Of a DNA stretch of 64,000 bases, positions 24,077-35,759 are shown in pieces. The position numbers were made by a program, and so were the translations under genes. The notes under the pieces were generated by a model, which was given only the letters and a program-made list of their open reading frames with translations, was not told where the DNA came from and made no database searches. Position 1 is the first letter of the stretch. Each line of letters begins with the position of its first letter. Source of the stretch: Anthoceros angustus (Eukaryota; Plantae; Anthocerotophyta); contig VJWM01000019.1 in assembly GCA_010909165.1 (NCBI GenBank), positions 806,001 through 870,000 on the forward strand. Direction: 5' to 3'.

Positions 24077-24298
24077 TAATATGTTTACGGCATCGCTAGC
24101 CCAGGCTAGGAGCACCACCAGAACAGGAGAGCACACATGCACATTTGGTGCAACATAGATTAACTTCGTTTAGGGTTCAAAATACATATATACGAAAAGG
24201 TGTGAGTGAGTAACCGTTTTTCTAAACCTAATTCCTAATAAGCATTATATAATTAACAGTTATGAGTTAGCGTCTGAAAACTAAACACTACTCCAACA
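24077..24298 (-). repeat. Copia-2 3' LTR
   Basis: Similar but not identical to 30119-30332; preceded on the minus strand by a purine tract. Confidence 0.9.
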
Positions 24299-24884
24299 CG
24301 CCCCCTCAGACCTAACTCAGGATCTTATCCCATTAGAGTCTGCTCGAGCCGAGCGCGTCTTCTCGTGACTATCACCACAGTCTGCTGCGTGCTGCCATAA
24401 GCTTTCAGCTCGTGTTGTCCTACTCCTGATGACGAATCCCGGCGCGTTGCTCGTGGCTCACTTGCTAGAGCTCGCCATAACTGTGCTGCTTGCCTGCCTG
24501 ATACTTGTACCCGCCTAACCGAAGGCGCGACACCAAAGGATAAGCAGAAGTACCGGGCGAAGGATCTTGTGTGTTGTGGAGGAAGCTCAAAACTGTATCA
24601 GCCTGGCGGCGGTGCTGCCCGGAAGAAGCTCGCAGAGATGGCTAGAGCAAACGAGCTTGCTGCCTTCAAAACAGCATCCAAACAGCCGCTGCCTGACGAC
24701 GAGGAGGACCTGATCGGCAGCAGAGGTAAGCATAATCCATGTGCTATCAACCCTGATTAGCTGACCTTGAAGATTCATCCGGCGCGGCCCGATGATATGC
24801 GCATGCGGGCGGAGGCGTGCACCATGCTCAACGCTGGCTGATACGAGGGTGCCCGAACAATGCTGCCATGCCACGAGTTTAGGT

Positions 24885-27517
24885 CATATGTGGAGATGCA
24901 TGCGGAGCTGCTGCTGGCGCATGCTTCAGAAGATGAGTTGCTGCACTTGAACTTGACAGGCCTAGAGAAACACTATGCTGCTGATGTGTGGCCTTAGGAA
25001 GCTCTTTGGTCAATAGATCAGCGACATTCGCTGAAGTGTGAACATAGTGAAGTTTAATTGTTCCAAGTTATGCAGCCTGGCGGATGAAGTGAAATTGTAT
25101 TTCTATATGCTTCGATCTTGCGTGCAGTATAGGATTAGCCGTGAGGGCGATTGCTGATTGGTTGTCGCAATGTAGAAGAGTTGCTTCAGTCTGCTGCTAG
25201 TGGATGCCATCCAAAAACTGGCGAACCCATGTAATTTCTCGTGCAGCTAAGGAAAGTGCTCCATATTCGGCTTCGGTGGATGATAAGCTGACAGTAGATA
25301 ACTTCTTAGACTGCCAACTAATAGCCGAGCCTTGGAGGAGAACACAATATGCTGCAATCGATTTCCTGGAATCAACATCCCCGGCCCAGTCGGCATCTGA
25401 ATATGCTGTAAGTGTGCTGTCCCCTTCTCCAGTGTAAGTAAGATACATGTCCTGTGTTCCCTTCAAATATCGTAGTATTCGCTTAACGGCAACCCAATGC
25501 TTCGGTCCTGGGTTGTGCAGAAAACGTGATACAATGCCGACTGCAAGGGAAATGTCAGGGCGTGTCCACCCAGCAAGATAAAGCAGGCTACCTACTGCCT
25601 CTCGATATGGAACTGTCAGCATAGCTGCCTTTTCAGCATCTGTAGAAGGGCAGTCCTCAACCGACAGCTTATCACTTGTGGTCACAAAGGTGGAAACTGG
25701 GTTCATAGCCTGTAAGTTAAACTTGGTGAGCAATTGCCTAATGAAATGAGACTGATGAATACATACGCTGGCCATTGTAGGGTCGAAGATGAACTGAATG
25801 CCAAGGGCGAACTTCAAAGGGCCAACGTCTGACATATCCCACTCATGTGACAGCTCCTGTTTGATATTAGTAAGTGTCTCTAAATCACTGGCAAAAATAA
25901 AATTGTCATCCACATAAAGTGTTATGATGCAAGTCTTGTTCTTCTTTTGCCAGACGTATACACTACAGTCTGCGGCAAGTGGAACAAAACCTAACTTGCG
26001 CAACTTTTTGTCTGATCTTATATTCCAGGTTCGAGCTGATTGCTTGAGGCCGTAGAGAGACTTGAGTAAGTGACACACCTTAGTTGGGTCAGTAACATAT
26101 CCCTCTGGTTCGGTCATGTAAATGGTTTCGGTAAGATCCCCATTCAAGAAAGCAGTCTTAACGTCCATTTGATGGACTAACAGCTTGTGTTTAACAGCAT
26201 AACATAGAAGAATACGCATTGAAGTTGGCTTGACCACAGGACTAAAGGTTTCGGTGTAGTCAAGACCCTGAACTTGGGTGTAACCTCTTGCTACTAACCG
26301 TGCTTTGTAGCGTGCCACAGGGTTAAGCTTAAGTTTAAAGACCCATTTTGTAGTTATGGGCTTACGACCTGCAGGTAAGGTTACTAGTTCCCAAGTCTTA
26401 TTAGTGATTAGACTGTTGTACTCGCTGTCAATAGCCTTTTGCCATTCTGCCTTTTGTGGCCCTGACAATGCTTCCTGATAAGACAAGGGTGTGTCTGGTG
26501 GGTCAAGGATGGACGTGGCTATAGAACTGGCCAGGGCTGTAAGACTAACACGTGGATTTAAATGGGGCTGGTTTGTGCAAGATACAAGACTATCACCTGG
26601 TACATAAGGGGGATCTATCCATTCAGATCTGGGACGATGTATACGGGCAGAACGGCGAGCTGCTACTAAATCTCGTACATCATGAACATCTAAAGCAGGT
26701 ATGTGTTGCTCAGCCTGAAGTAATTCCTGATCAACAAGTAATTCAGTACCCAGATCAGGTATAACTACATCTATATCTGCATGGACAGGATCCATGGCTG
26801 CTGTTGGATAACTTGCTGAGGCTGAGGTATAATTGGTGTTACAATGCTGTCTGCGAATTCAGTAGGAAAGATTGAAACATCAGGTTCTATCTCTTCATCT
26901 AATGACACATGTTGTGGTATGTGACCATAGATTGAAGACTCCGACAACGGCTTGTGGCTAGTCATGGACTCACGATGGGAATTGAGAATAAAACTTTCAT
27001 TAAAACGTACGCTCCGTGCTACTGTAAGTTGTCGAGTCTGTGGATTGTAAAGCTTGTAACCCTTAGTGTGTTCTGAGTAACCAACAAACCCATGCTTTGT
27101 TGCCCGATTATCCATCTTACTTCGTCTCTCGGATGGTGTATATGCATAGGCTGCTGCACCGAAAATGCGGAGGTGTGCTATGAGTGGTTTATGTCCAGTC
27201 CAGCGTTCAAAGGGAGTATAAGTGAAGAGTGGTTTCACTGGTAATTTGTTGTGAACATAATTAACTGCAGCAACTGATTCTGCCCAATACCCTCGGGTAA
27301 GTGATGCAGTTGATAAATTAGCTCTGCAGCGTTCTTGTAAAGTGCGATTATATCGCTCAGCATATGAATTCTGTGCGGGGTGATATGGTACGGTCAGTTG
27401 GTGGATAATTCCGTTCTGCCTGCAATATGCCTGGAAATCATGGCTAAGGTACTCCTGTGCATTGTCACTTCTGAGTTTCTTTAACTGACAGCCTGTCTGA
27501 GTCTCAGCCATGTGCAC
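24885..27517 (-). CDS. Copia-2 integrase, reverse transcriptase and RNase H (a few frameshifts)
   Basis: [70 protein letters not shown], then [22 protein letters not shown] read beyond the ORF-track end. Confidence 0.95.
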
Positions 27518-27529
27518 ATAGTCTAAAAA

Positions 27530-29313
27530 TTTCTCATAAACTTAAGATCTGTGATGCAGGAAGTAGAGGTGGCAAAAATGGCTCCATTCGTCTAAAAATA
27601 ATAGGAAATAGAGTGCCCCACCAAAAGACGCTATTGACATTGGGCCACATATGTCGGTGTACCACATCCAACAATCCGAGTGCCTTGGTTGGTTCAGGTC
27701 ACTATAAGGCTTTTGGGCCATCTTCCCAATCGACAATCCTCGCAGGTAATCCCGAATTTTAAAATGATAGGATCCTTGTACAATTAGTTTACCGATAATC
27801 CCGATATAGCTTGTGCTTGATGGCGAGGCGCATGCAGGAGAAAAGTCGATCGACATCACTTTTTGCATCGATTTAGGCCGTATGCATAATTAGCAAACGT
27901 CGAATTGATATAAGTCATTGTGTTACTCCTTCACCAAGGATAAGCTGAATGGTTGTTAATGGAAGTTACTATACACTGTGGGAGTAAAACATACTGCAGA
28001 TCGTGGTCCATAACCAGCTTTCTCACCGACAATAACTTTTTCTTCATGCTTGGCACATGCAAGTTACCAAGTAATGTGATATGTTTCCCTCCTTTCATGG
28101 GAAAAACAACGCCACCATAGCCAAGAATGGCCAATCCACTATCGTCCCCAAGGAACACAAACGACTAGTTGGTGCTAATTCATAAGTGGAGAATTTATCT
28201 CGGGATACACAAATGTGATGTGTCGCCTGAGTCCAAAAACCACATGTTAGTGTCGACTTGAGTGAGGGAAAGACATACCGCAAGAATGGTTGGCGGTTTG
28301 TGTCTGTTTGTGTAGCAATAATCCGTCCTTTTGTCACCACATGTGTTTCTTTGGTGGTGCCTCTCGGCGTGGCTCTCACCGCTTTACGGCACTCATTCTC
28401 AAAATGTCCAGGTATGCGACACCAATGACAGGTGCCCTTCTTATTCTGTCCAGGTGCAAAGGAGGTTGATGCATGATAGGGGCGTCCCCTTCCCCGTCCT
28501 CTCCCACGCCCACTGGGTATAGAGAACATGAGAAGTATGCTGCTGCTGACCACGTCTAGTAGCAACTCTGCTGGATTCCTCCTCCAGCAAAGCACCAACA
28601 ACTTGAGAAAAGGTAACATAAGCACTTGCTTGGTTTGCAAAATTGTTTTGAGTGGTAACAAATGCTCAGCTATGTGGCGTAGATGTAAGAAGAACTGATG
28701 GCCTTCGTCTGCGACAAGACATCACCGCCCGATGCAAGCTTAGCACGAAGAGCTCGAAACTTGTGTAGGTGATTTTCAACACTATCACTCTCCTTCATAC
28801 GAAGGTCAGAGTTGTCCGTCGTTGATAAGCGACATTCCGCCTTTGTGAACATGTCCTTAAACAATCAAATGCTCGCAGACATGGTCCGCCTTGTGTGTGT
28901 TGTATCATGTTTTTGTCGAGAGCAGAGATAATAATGCAAAGATGCTCTCTTATCAAGCTTGATCCAAGCCGTGCATTTGTTCCTTTAGGGACCGACAACG
29001 CTGGATTTGTAGCTTTACCAGTCACAACATCAAGGAGATCATATTCTTCAAAGATGGCCTCCATACGAAGCTCCCAAATTGGGTAATCTGTCCCATTAAA
29101 TCTGTCTTTATCTTTAATATCAATCTTAATTGTATTATTTACAATTGTGTTGGTGGGATTGCTAGTTCCCATGAGTGAGGTTTTGGGAGGAGTGAAAATA
29201 GGGCGAAGTGTTATTGGGTACCTGTGTGGAGGTGACCACATACAGCTGTGGATAGGTGCTGTAAAACCTACCGTATTAAGACTAGAGAATGGAGGACTCA
29301 GAGTCCTGACCAA
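27530..29313 (-). pseudogene. Copia-2 gag, Zn knuckle, protease and pre-integrase (frameshifted)
   Basis: DRFNGTDYPIWELRMEAIF, CHWCRIPGHFENEC, a WFLDSG..HHIC-like protease motif and YTDICGPM. Confidence 0.85.
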
Positions 29314-30118
29314 ACATCTTTGCTAAAGACCCTAAAATTTGCTCATTTGGTTCAGGTACTAGCATCAAACCGAAAGATGGATCACAATGAGAAACATCAC
29401 GGCTGGAGATGCTTGAACTGGATTTAGGGCCCAAAGAGTGAGAGAATTTTGTGAGTTGTTCTATTAGCAAGGTGGCTGTGACAATTTTTGTTCAAAACAC
29501 CTATTTGTTTCGTAATTGTATTTGGTCCTTTTGTAAGTTTGGTGTGTGATACGTGCTTGGTCTTTAAGTATTGCTACTGAAAATTTTAAGTGCTTAATTG
29601 CTATATGGTCCACGAGGATGTGAGATGTTGTGGTGGCAAAGGGCGATGGGGAAGGAAAGGCCATTCTACTACATGCCGAGCAAAGAAATATTACAACGAG
29701 AACAGGCTGATGTTGAGAAAGTAGGTCTTGATCTCCACGTAATCTATTTCTATTTCGATTCTGCTGTGTCATGGTGCCGATCCACTTATCGCTGCGCCTT
29801 TGGTTGCGCTCCCATCTCGCCTGTCCCGGTATTGCTTGAAGGATCAAGATGAAGTCTCTTTTCCTCCTCCCGCCGGGGGAATCTTTGAAGGGTGGTACCG
29901 CCCACATCTGCACAATGCCGCAACATCCTCCATCGCAATTCTCAAGAGAAAAAAGATGTAATTGTGGCCTCCAAGGATCTAATGCGTGAGATGAGTGTCA
30001 TCAAGAAACGCCTAGGGTTAGGATTGCTGTCAATAGGAGATGATGAATTCTTCCATGTTGATGGTGCGGATCCCATGCCATAGGGAATCTGAACACGCTC
30101 CATTAGGGCTCGATACCA

Positions 30119-30332
30119 TAATGTGTTTACGGCATCGCTAGCCTGTGCTAGAGCACCACGAGCAGAGAGCACACACGCATCTAGTGCAACATAGATTAAC
30201 ATCGTTTAGGGTTCAAAATACATATATACGAAAAGGTGTGAGTGAGTAACTGCTTTTCTAAACCTAATTCCTAATAAGCGTTATATAATTAATAGTTATG
30301 AGTTAGCGATAAAACTAAACATTACTCCAACA
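30119..30332 (-). repeat. Copia-2 5' LTR (further copies at 31042-31256 and 47630-47840 arise from duplications)
   Basis: Minus strand TGTTGGAGTAATG...GTAAACACATTA followed by the PBS; every copy is flanked by the same TTCTATATTAG host sequence. Confidence 0.92.
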
Positions 30333-31479
30333 TTCTATATTAGTGAGATTGAAGAGGGATCGTTCTTCCTTTTGCTAACCAAGAGAACTTTCCTTGGCAA
30401 GCAACTTGTGAGTTCTAGGTTGTATGGAAAGCAATACTATACCCTCCATGATGAGACTGTAGGTGTGATACGTGCTTGGTCTTTAAGTATTGCTACTGAA
30501 AATTTTAAGTGCTTAATTGCTATATGGTCCACGAGGAGGTGAGATGTTGTGGTGGCAAAGGACGATGGGGAAGGAAAGGCCATTCTACTACATGCCGAGC
30601 AGAAATATTACAACGAGAAGGGCTGATGTTGAGAAAGTAGGTCTTGATCTCCACGTAATCTATTTCTATTTCGATTCTGTTTCGTGTCATGGTGCTGATC
30701 CACTTATCGTCTGCGCCTTTGGTTGCGCTCCCATCTGCTCAGGGCCTGCCGGTATTGCTTGAACAGATCAAGATGAAGTCTCTTTTCCTCCTCCTGCCAG
30801 GGAATGCTGAAGGGTGGTACTGTCCACACTGGGCACAATGCTGCAACATCCTCCATGCTGCAATTCTCAAGAGAAAAAAAAAGATGTAATTGTGGCCTCC
30901 AAGGATCTAATGCGTGAGATGAGTGTCATCAAGAAACGCCTAGGGTTAGGATTGTCCAATAGGAGATGATGAATTCTTCCATGTTGATGGTGATCCCATG
31001 CCATAGGGAATCTGAACACGCTCCATTAGGGCTCGATACCATAATGTGTTTACGGCATCGCTAGCCTGTGCTAGGAGCACCACGAGCAGGAGAGCACACA
31101 CATCTAGTGCAACATAGATTAACATCGTTTAGGGTTCAAAATACATATATACGAAAAGGTGTGAGTGAGTAACTGCTTTTCTAAACCTAATTCCTAATAA
31201 GCGTTATATAATTAATAGTTATGAGTTAGCGTCGAAAACTAAACATTACTCCAACATTCTATATTAGTGAGATTGAAGAGGGATCGTTCTTCCTTTTGCT
31301 AACCAAGAGAACTTTCCTTGGCAAGCAACCGTGAGTTCTAGGTTGTATGGAAAGCAATACTATACCCTCCATGATGAGACGAGGTGTGATAGAAGCTTTA
31401 GTAGGCGCCATAAAATTTGTAAACACAAGTTTTAGAAGAAGAGCGGTATGTAGTCATGATGATTCTTTTACGGATCATT

Positions 31480-31870
31480 CATCGCAAGATATTGTACAAG
31501 ATATGAATGCTCCTAGCGATGGTAACAACACCATAGAAAGACATAGGAAGATCCGATTTGGTTGTTGCTAGAGGTATGTTTCCTCGCACTCATTGTTGTA
31601 ATCAAGGAGTTTTGGCAAGAGTTCAAGGAGTATTGGACACCCACTTCATCTTAAGTGTCTTGAAATTCTTCCTATGGAAGCCTCTACTTCAAAACATGTC
31701 AACAAGGGCAGGCTACCTCTACTTTAAACTCGCAATCCTTCCCTGCTTGTCAACAATGTTCAAGCCTTTGCTTCCTCCAATTTAGAATCACACAATGCTA
31801 ACAATTCTTCATGTGTCCATGGAGTGGTCGCTTCACAACGCAGTCGCTTGGCTTGAGCTATGCGACTGCC
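31480..31870 (-). pseudogene. Trihelix (GT/ASR3-type Myb/SANT-like) DNA-binding domain fragment; second copy approx 48080-48470
   Basis: TPWTHEELLALCDSKLEE (Trp at 31819-31817), GFHRKNFKTLKMKW (Trp at 31643-31641), then LLDYN...LPMSF, matching the spacing of plant trihelix domains. Its 3' part appears to be the target of Copia-2. Confidence 0.55.
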
Positions 31871-32057
31871 TCAAGCACCATGGCCGAATGTGCACGAAAT
31901 GGAGATGTGGAGGAAAACAAGAGAAAAGCGGAGAGAAGGGGAGGGAAACGAATGAGATAGAAAGTAAAGGGTATTTGGTAAACAAAAAAGTAAAGTAGTA
32001 AGAAGTAAAAATATATTCACTATTTTACCTCACTGCAGCCAAATAATGGAGGATTTG

Positions 32058-32280
32058 TAGATAGTTTAGTTCACAAATCAGTTCAATCTAAACTAAAATA
32101 CACCTCGTACATCGCCAACTACATGCTATATCGGATTGTGTCTGTTCTAGTTCATGTAGTTCAAATGCGCGATAGTTTAGTTCACTAATTAGCTCGATCT
32201 AAACTAAACTACACCTCGCCACATCGAACTACATGCCACATCGGATTGTGTCTGTTCATGTAGTTCAAATCCGCCATGTG
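32058..32280. repeat. Two tandem approx 110-bp units with internal inverted repeats; second copy at approx 48650-48870
   Basis: GATAGTTTAGTTCAC..TCTAAACTAAA and AACTACATG..CATGTAGTT each occur twice. Confidence 0.75.
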
Positions 32281-33145
32281 GCAAACTAGGAGCTGAAATG
32301 CAATTCAATTACATTTGAATGGCAAGTGCGGAGAGGTCTTTAAAAAGCGTGATCATTGCATTGCACCCAATATTTTGAAACTCACACAAACACTAAATAT
32401 TACTATTCTATGAAATAATGATGAATATTACTACTCTAAGAAGCTTATAGAAATAGTAATTTCCTCATTGGATTGTTTTGTGGTATAAATAAAAGCCTAG
32501 TTGTACCGTGAAACATAATATATGAAGACACGAAACCGGCCGGGCAAAATTCTCTATCCGCTTGAACTTTTTATAGATTTAAAGTCGTGAACTTCTGTCA
32601 ACTTAGAAATTAGGTCAAAGGACTTCTTTGTAGGCTAAAACATCAAACTTAGGGAATTTCTCTATCGGCTCATAAATTTGACATATTTTCTATCTCGAGC
32701 AGATCGGAGAGATCATTCCACGTCATGTGGAAAACTTCTCTATTGGTTTAGAAATTGGGCGACGCTTCTTCTCTATCGATGATCGAGATTGATGCACGAC
32801 ATGTGGAACATAGGGTGAGACCACATCCGCATCGTTGGATAGAATATTATGAATTGATTTTTAAATCGAATTTACAAATATTAGCACATTCGACTTATTC
32901 AATTATGTTTGACTTATAAATGTTATACACATACAATATGATTTTGTGACTTGGTTTGAATTTATATTTTGATTGATATTAAACCGAACCATCATCAATT
33001 ATCACTAATATATATAAAAGAGTCTCGACGCCCATTTTGCATCGTAAATTAGGTGTTTTGAGTAAAGCGGATAAGATGCCTAAAAGAAAGAGAATCATGA
33101 AAGATTCAAGCTCAACATCTAATTTGAACCCCCTATAGGGCACAC

Positions 33146-34115
33146 ATGCGCAATATAAAAAATGCAAACGGTCACCAATATTCAAGAAGATAAAAACACG
33201 AACACCGTGCATGTACGAATGCGGCTTGATATTAGAGAACCGTTACATCGACACCACCGCAAAACGAAGGGCATCCGCCAATGATAACTTTTTCCCGCCT
33301 CACAAAGTCCTAGACATAGTTAATGAATATATTGAAGAAGTGCAAAAGATTGGATTTGAAAACAAACATCCAAGATTTGGCATTGCCTTTTTTCAAAAGC
33401 TGGTGGATTTGGAAAAGGGAAATTTTCAAGAGCGCGTGGTTACTATTTTGGGTTGCTAGCAAATGGAAAAGAACTCCCAAACCGCCACGAGATTAGTTAT
33501 GCTACGAGAAGTATGGGTATCGAAAAGAGGTTGTTGAACGGTTGGGAAAGAACTTGGAACGATTCTTCCTATTAGAGGCTAATAGACATATTAATGCAGC
33601 TGCTGAAAAATTGGAATTGAGTTCCTCGTCCAAGACTTGGCATTGCATTTTTTAGGAGATTGGTCGATTTGAAAAAGGGAACTTTGCTAGAGGGGTAGCA
33701 GCTTTGTACGTAGCCAGCAGATGGAAAGGATTCCTTACGCATCGATGAAATTAGGCATGGTACTTGTGTAGGAATACATGAGGAGGTTATTTTACGGTTG
33801 GCAAATGACTTGGAACAATTCTTACGTGAGAAAGATGCAAAGTTGAAGGCTGAGAAAGATCGAGAGGCAGCTGAAAAAAAAGTCCTAGATATGGCTTGGA
33901 AACATATCAAGGCAGCTGGTGAAAAGATGCAATTGAGGCCCACTGTCCAAGATTATGCGTTCTATTGTTTCCAGAGATCCATGGATTTGAAATTTAAGAG
34001 AGAAATAAATTTTGAAGAGCGCGTCAGCATAGCTCTTTATGTAGCTAGCAATCTGAGAGGGACTCATCGTCGTTGGGACACAATTAATTACTATGTAAGT
34101 CTGGGAATCAAATAA
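33146..34115 (+). pseudogene. TFIIB-related protein: Zn ribbon plus three cyclin-fold repeats (frameshifted); second copy approx 49738-50690
   Basis: CKR.TNIQEDK..NTVC.ECGLILENRYIDTT resembles the TFIIB Zn ribbon. The repeats read I...A.+L.L...+QD.A..FF.+..D.K.....ALYVAS (LWVASKW, ALYVASRW, ALYVASNL). A nucleotide repeat is visible at approx 33370-33420 versus approx 33630-33680. TATATAAAAG at approx 33012. Confidence 0.75.
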
Positions 34116-35759
34116 TACAGTTGGTAAACAACAATCAATTCTTCTAGATATAGAATATCAAAATTCAACATGTATTAAGTAGATAATGAGTTCAGTTGTA
34201 CCTGTGTATCCATTGCCCTCTAGTGGGCACTCACTCAGGCGATCCTTTGCAAGGCAACACTAGCGGGTGATGCATCTTCCTCTTCACCAGTAGTATGCAA
34301 GTCGTTTATTTTTCCTGTATATAAAATTGTTGGTGCAGTAGGTGACTTTACGTAGGGAGCTTAGTCGCTCCTTTTTTTTCGTGACAATAAGGGTTTCCCT
34401 TTGTTGTTCTTTGCTAGATGGGCTTCCCCTCATTTTTTTTCTCTCAATAAAGTTTCAGTAGTACCTGTGAGATACAGGGTGCAAGCATGGTTTGGTGCTC
34501 ACATTAGTGAGAAACGGATTTAAACATTGTTATTTTGTCCTCATGTAACGTTAATAATTTCAACTAATTTATTTCTTCTCTAAATTGTCTGATTTTTTTT
34601 ACAAGATATACAAATATATCACTTCTACATAAAATTAAAATACTCATGAAAATATTCAAAATGAAAGTCTAAATTTAGAGACTACTTGGGACGGCATTGT
34701 CTCACCAATGCACTTGTCACACTATATTTACGTAAGTGGGCCCGAGAACAGGTGTAGGCTGCACGCCCTTACCTAAATCATTTTGTAGCATGTTTACGAG
34801 ATGAGCAACGGATCGTCGGCTTAACTCAACAAATTTTGAGTTGTCACGCCACTTCGCCGCACTTCGATTTAGGGTTGCCCTCGTATCTCTTCTCGAGAAG
34901 AGGTCATCACACACCATGCCGTGACTGAAGCAGATCTCAAAGACTCATCGAGCAGAGTAGAACAGCATAATATTTGAAGCGGCTGAATATACATGAAGCG
35001 GTGTGGGTCTATATACGTGGATCCGGTTTAAGATGGTTATCAAAACGGCATGTTTGGGATTAGGCGTAAAACGATGTAAAATAAGGGTGAACATCACCGA
35101 CACGCAGCTAACCATGCTCGAAAACGGTGCTCTCTCGGCTTATCATGCGTTCACGAGAAAAGTACCCATGTTCTCTCCCCTCATTGCGGGGAAAAAAAGG
35201 TCGCTCGAGTTTCCGTGGCTTGTGTTGCAATCATTGTGGCCAAGAACAGAAATCATGCATTTAAAATCACATGGAGACACATGGAGACAACTATGGTATG
35301 GGTTTTGTAGAGGTTGTCATATCACCGAAAATGTACGGCGATTGTTGGGTGTGGCATGCCGCATGCCGCCTTTTGCCGTGGCTCTACGACAACAGCATGA
35401 AACGCGGATGTGTCCGTATATACGATGGCGGAAACGAACACGATGGGAGCATATGGCGTCTAGAGGGTGGAAAGTGGAGCACACCATGTCCGTCACCTAA
35501 GCATCGCCTATAACGGCAAATGTTTATGACTAGTGCAATTGTGTAATCATGAAATGTATTGCGCAAAGATGCCAAAACATGGTAGACGCTACAAGGTGAC
35601 ATTTAAGATGTACTCATCGGCAGCATGGTGGTCTGCATGTCTTAAAACAATGTATGACAAGAACATGAAACTTATGTCCGACACTGTGTCCGACTTTCAA
35701 ACCCTATGCCATGAAGAGAAATTAGGGATAAACATAAGGTTCCCTTGTTATTTGATTGC

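Larger units (their letters stand above)
24077..30332 (-). mobile_element. Ty1/Copia LTR retrotransposon (Copia-2) with TG..TA termini
   Basis: LTRs at 30119-30332 and 24077-24298, TSD TTCTA (24072-24076 and 30333-30337), PBS TGGTATCGAGCCC (minus, 30118-30106), PPT GAGGGGGCG, and order gag-PR-INT-RT-RH on the minus strand. Confidence 0.95.

Noticed and set aside
24569-24990. Antisense ORF in the Copia-2 3' UTR
   Set aside because: Short, interrupted by stops, partly overlapping the RNase H tail, and with no second copy to test conservation.
32979-33212. Hydrophobic 77-aa minus-strand ORF as a membrane protein
   Set aside because: It is antisense to the AT-rich TFIIB-like promoter and Zn ribbon; the hydrophobicity follows from T-rich codons.
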